Origin: Candidatus Heimdallarchaeota archaeon
Lineage (GTDB): Archaea > Asgardarchaeota > Heimdallarchaeia > Hodarchaeales > Hodarchaeaceae
Reading direction: 5' to 3'
Assembly (NCBI GenBank): GCA_019057635.1
Contig: DXJL01000022.1
Coordinates: 1-11,443 of the forward strand
Length of the DNA: 11,443 nt
Every line of letters begins with the position of its first letter. Position 1 is the first letter of the stretch. The position numbers and the translations under genes are program-made. Below the pieces are notes generated by a model. That model was not told where the DNA came from. It searched no databases and saw only the letters and a program-made list of their open reading frames with translations. This document shows positions 8,509 to 11,443 of the stretch, piece by piece.

Positions 8509-8780
8509 TTGCGTGTATATTCATAAGAAACTCTTAAGTAAATAGAAGTGACGATTTTATTCGAATTTCACAGACGATTGTTAATACCAAATGTCGATTT
8601 TTTCGTCCTCTGCACCAAAAATATAACCCCCGATGGAGATTTCAATAGTAAAAATGAAAAAGAAGAAAGTGAATAAATCACAATGTTGGGAAATATTCCC
8701 ACAATTAGCGGTTTCAAACAACTCTATTTTTAAAATTCTGACAAAAGGCCTCGTAGACTGATTAGTCAAAAGATTTTTGC

Positions 8781-10550
8781 TTGAATCGATCTCTTAGAAG
8801 TGGTATACCCTTGAAAACCTCAAATAACATACCAGATAAACCAGAAAAGGATGAATTTGGACTTGATTTTATCCGAAAGATAATTGTTGAGGATATAAGA
8901 ACTAATAAAAATGAAGGTCGAGTCCATACGCGTTTTCCTCCTGAACCAAATGGTTGGATGCACATTGGACACGCTATGGCTATCTATTTAAGCTATAGTG
9001 TCGCTCAAGAATATAATGGCCTTTTTAACTTAAGGTTTGACGATACCGATCCTTCCAAAGAAAGTATGGACTATGTAGAGGCAATTAAAGAGGATGTTCA
9101 ATGGTTAGGGGCTGAATGGGAGGATCGATTATACTTCGCTTCAGATTATTTTGAGAAACTGTATGAATTTGCAGTTGCACTGATTAAGGCTGGTAAAGCG
9201 TTCATCTGTGATTTGAGTGTTGAGGAGATAAGAGAACAAAGAGGAACTCTAACAGAACCAGGAGTAAACAGTCCTTACCGAAATAGATCAGCTGAAGAAA
9301 ACTTTGATTTATTTAAGCGGATGCGTGAAGGTGAATTTGAGGATGGTTCGAAAGTCCTACGCGCTAAAATTGATATGACTTCTCCAAATCTTCTAATGCG
9401 TGATCCGATCATGTACCGGATCAAAAGGGTAAGTCATTATAGAACTGGAACAGAGTGGATAATTTACCCTAGTTATGATTTTACTCATGGGGAATCTGAT
9501 GCAATTGAGGGAATAACTCATTCTCTCTGTTCACTAGAGTTTGAAACCCATAGGCCTTTATATGACTGGTTTATAGATGAATTGCTAGCATTAGGAACAT
9601 TAAAACATAAACCTCGGCAAATTGAATTTTCTCGCTTGAATGTAACATATACTATAACGAGTAAACGTAGATTACTAGAATTAGTTAAGGGAGAATATGT
9701 TTCTGGATGGGATGATCCACGAATGCCAACAATAGCTGGGATGCGGAAACGAGGATTCCCAGCAAGTGCGATTAGAACTTTTCTTGGTAGAGTGGGTGTT
9801 ACAAAGAGAGAAAAAAATATCGATGTTGGTTTATTGGAAGCTTGCGTGCGTGATGAATTAGATAAGGAAGCTAATCGTGTATTGGCTGTCTTAAATCCCT
9901 TACGAGTTGTTATTACGAACTATCCAGAAGACCAAGTAGAACATCTAGAAATACCAAATCATCCAAAAGATGAATCTAGAGGTACCCGTAAAGTACCGTT
10001 TTCACGAGTGCTTTATATAGAGCAAGAAGATTTTATGGAAGACCCTCCTAAAAAATTCTATCGCTTAACGCCGGGTAGAGAGGTTCGATTACGGAATGCA
10101 TACTTTATTACATGTACTGATGTCAAGAAAGATGAGTCTGGGAAAATACTTGAAGTTCATTGTACATATGATCCCAACACAAGAGGAGGATCATCTCCAG
10201 ATGGGAGAAAAGTAAAAGCAACCATACATTGGCTTTCCCGAGATCATGCATTGAAAGCGGAAATTCGCTTATACGATCGATTATTCAATCGAAAAGATCC
10301 CTCAGGTTTACCTGATTATAATTCTGATTCGTTGAAATCGATAACTGGATATGTAGAACCCAGTTTAAAAGAAGCTAAACCAGCTACCCACTATCAATTT
10401 GAACGAGTAGGATATTTCTTTACTGATCCAGAGGAATTTACCAAGAAAAAACTAGTTATCAACCGGACGATTACATTACGTGATACTTGGGCAAGAATCA
10501 AGAAACAACTTCCTCAACCAAAGAAAAAGAAGCAGAAAAAAAAGAAATAA
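8781..10550 (+). CDS. glnS: Glutamine--tRNA ligase (GlnRS), bacterial type
   Basis: [11 protein letters not shown]-x2-[108 protein letters not shown] and NRTITLRD are all colinear with E. coli GlnS. The start is uncertain (TTG 8781 or TTG 8811). Confidence 0.96.
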   Translation: MNRSLRSGIPLKTSNNIPDKPEKDEFGLDFIRKIIVEDIRTNKNEGRVHTRFPPEPNGWMHIGHAMAIYLSYSVAQEYNGLFNLRFDDTDPSKESMDYVEAIKEDVQWLGAEWEDRLYFASDYFEKLYEFAVALIKAGKAFICDLSVEEIREQRGTLTEPGVNSPYRNRSAEENFDLFKRMREGEFEDGSKVLRAKIDMTSPNLLMRDPIMYRIKRVSHYRTGTEWIIYPSYDFTHGESDAIEGITHSLCSLEFETHRPLYDWFIDELLALGTLKHKPRQIEFSRLNVTYTITSKRRLLELVKGEYVSGWDDPRMPTIAGMRKRGFPASAIRTFLGRVGVTKREKNIDVGLLEACVRDELDKEANRVLAVLNPLRVVITNYPEDQVEHLEIPNHPKDESRGTRKVPFSRVLYIEQEDFMEDPPKKFYRLTPGREVRLRNAYFITCTDVKKDESGKILEVHCTYDPNTRGGSSPDGRKVKATIHWLSRDHALKAEIRLYDRLFNRKDPSGLPDYNSDSLKSITGYVEPSLKEAKPATHYQFERVGYFFTDPEEFTKKKLVINRTITLRDTWARIKKQLPQPKKKKQKKKK

Positions 10551-10587
10551 TTCTTCTTGATCGATTCGGATTAAAAACTAAAGGTAA

Positions 10588-10986
10588 TCAGTTGTTAGGA
10601 GTTATTTCCAAATACACACGTTCTGTTTCTTTTCTCCAAAATGCTAATTTCGTGAAAGCGATGAGAATTTTCACAAGGAATGTTTTTGCTCCTTCCATTG
10701 TTTCAAAGGCAAATTGCTCCTCTTCTTTAGCTAGCACTCGTGCCTTTACTTCAATTTCAGGGCCTTTTAGCTTGCCACGTATTGTACATGGGGCAATTTT
10801 TGCATCCGAATTATTCCTTAAACGTTTTATTTTGTAGGAATTCTTTCTGGTTGATACATATAAGCGATCATTATTCCTCACAAATTCTACTGGAGTAGCT
10901 ACACCTTTTCCACTTTTATAGTACGTTGTTAAACTGATCGTTCGATGTCCTGCTAAATAATCAAATGGGTGTGTATTTTGATTCAT
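10588..10986 (-). CDS. PPOX-class (pyridoxamine 5'-phosphate oxidase-like) probable F420-dependent oxidoreductase, Rv2061-like
   Basis: ISLTTYYKSGKGVATPVEF...LYVST...SYKIKRLRNNSDAKIAPCTIRGKLKG matches the family pattern LTT-x2-K-x-G-x2-V-x-TPV...K-x-KR-x-RNN...APC-x2-RG. Confidence 0.85.
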   Translation of the reverse strand: MNQNTHPFDYLAGHRTISLTTYYKSGKGVATPVEFVRNNDRLYVSTRKNSYKIKRLRNNSDAKIAPCTIRGKLKGPEIEVKARVLAKEEEQFAFETMEGAKTFLVKILIAFTKLAFWRKETERVYLEITPNN

Positions 10987-11091
10987 CTTAATTCAATAGA
11001 ATCATTTTATTGTAAAATTATTAATGAATCGTGTTTGAATTCAGGAATATATCTAGATTTTTTAAGCTCACCATAAATGGGAAAATTAGAA

Positions 11092-11163
11092 CAGCCCCAT
11101 CCAGATTCGAACTGGAGTCTTCAGATTCAGAGCCTGAGGTGCTAACCACTACACTATGGGGCT
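11092..11163 (-). tRNA. tRNA-Gln (anticodon CUG), no intron, CCA not encoded
   Basis: Reverse complement: AGCCCCA TA GTGT AGTGGTTA GCAC C TCAGG CT-CTG-AA TCTGA AGAC TCCAG TTCGAAT CTGGA TGGGGCT G. It folds as a full cloverleaf. Confidence 0.96.
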
Positions 11164-11204
11164 TGACTGTAATTTATATGCATTTAATGTATGTAGAGAA
11201 GAAA

Positions 11205-11279
11205 TGGCAGCCCCGTCCAGATTCGAACTGGAGTCGTGAGGGTCAAAGCCTCATATGATAGCCTCTACACCACGGGGCT
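11205..11279 (-). tRNA. tRNA-Gln (anticodon UUG), no intron, CCA encoded
   Basis: Reverse complement: AGCCCCG TG GTGT AGAGGCTA TCAT A TGAGG CT-TTG-AC CCTCA CGAC TCCAG TTCGAAT CTGGA CGGGGCT G CCA. It folds as a full cloverleaf. Confidence 0.97.
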
Positions 11280-11319
11280 TTAGTATTACTTAACAGTATC
11301 CGAGTGAATCTAGCTAGGT

Positions 11320-11340
11320 ATTATTTTATTAAACATTATT
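11320..11340 (-). promoter_or_regulatory. Candidate TATA box for the tRNA-Gln pair
   Basis: The - strand reads AATAATG-TTTAATAA-AATAAT about 50 nt upstream of the mature 5' end of tRNA-Gln(UUG). Confidence 0.35.
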
Positions 11341-11443
11341 TTTGTTGATTTCGGATAATTCTCCTTTTGGTAGCTTATATTCGTATCCGTCAAATTAATA
11401 GAACTATAATGTAATTAAAAAAGGGTAATCCAAATGTGAGATA

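Noticed and set aside
8581-8965. - strand ORFs 8581..8769 and 8762..8965
   Set aside because: Short and motif-less. The Phe run comes from an A-rich tract, and the second ORF is antisense to glnS.
8781-10550. Annotation as archaeal non-discriminating GluRS
   Set aside because: [14 protein letters not shown] and RFPPEPNG, with overall colinearity to GlnS, indicate GlnRS. The GluRS Arg at the Cys position is absent.
10487-10837. + strand 116 aa ORF
   Set aside because: Overlaps the end of glnS and is antisense to the well-supported PPOX gene.
11031-11258. 75 aa + strand ORF
   Set aside because: It is the antisense reading of the two tRNA genes. APSRFELES and WQPRPDSNW are classic tRNA-antisense artefacts.
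1-11443. CRISPR array, IS element or tRNA introns/suppressor anticodons
   Set aside because: No regularly spaced direct repeats or transposase were seen. Both tRNAs have plain 7-nt loops with Gln anticodons.

Overview
AT-rich, gene-dense chromosomal segment with an archaeal character. Both tRNA-Gln genes have an A1-U72 first pair and G15, there are AGGTGA/GGAGG ribosome-binding sites and TTTAAA-type TATA boxes, and the protein families resemble those typical of Asgard archaea (Heimdallarchaeia/Hodarchaeales-like; this is an inference). In order it holds a tandem Lrp/AsnC-like regulator, a secreted DxDxDG protein, an ABC-2-type exporter (permease + ATPase) and a membrane zinc-ribbon protein. 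These are followed by a divergent HTH/Cys-His regulator plus bPH_2 membrane protein, a triple-PAS protein with a degenerate histidine-kinase module, a complete bacterial-type glutaminyl-tRNA synthetase (glnS), an Rv2061-like PPOX/F420 oxidoreductase, and both tRNA-Gln isoacceptors (CUG, UUG). The standout is GlnRS, which archaea canonically lack because they use ND-GluRS + GatDE. It lies about 0.5 kb from two tRNA-Gln genes that keep the archaeal A1-U72 pair but carry G73 and A37, identity elements of the E. coli GlnRS system. This suggests a co-adapted direct glutaminylation system in an archaeon.
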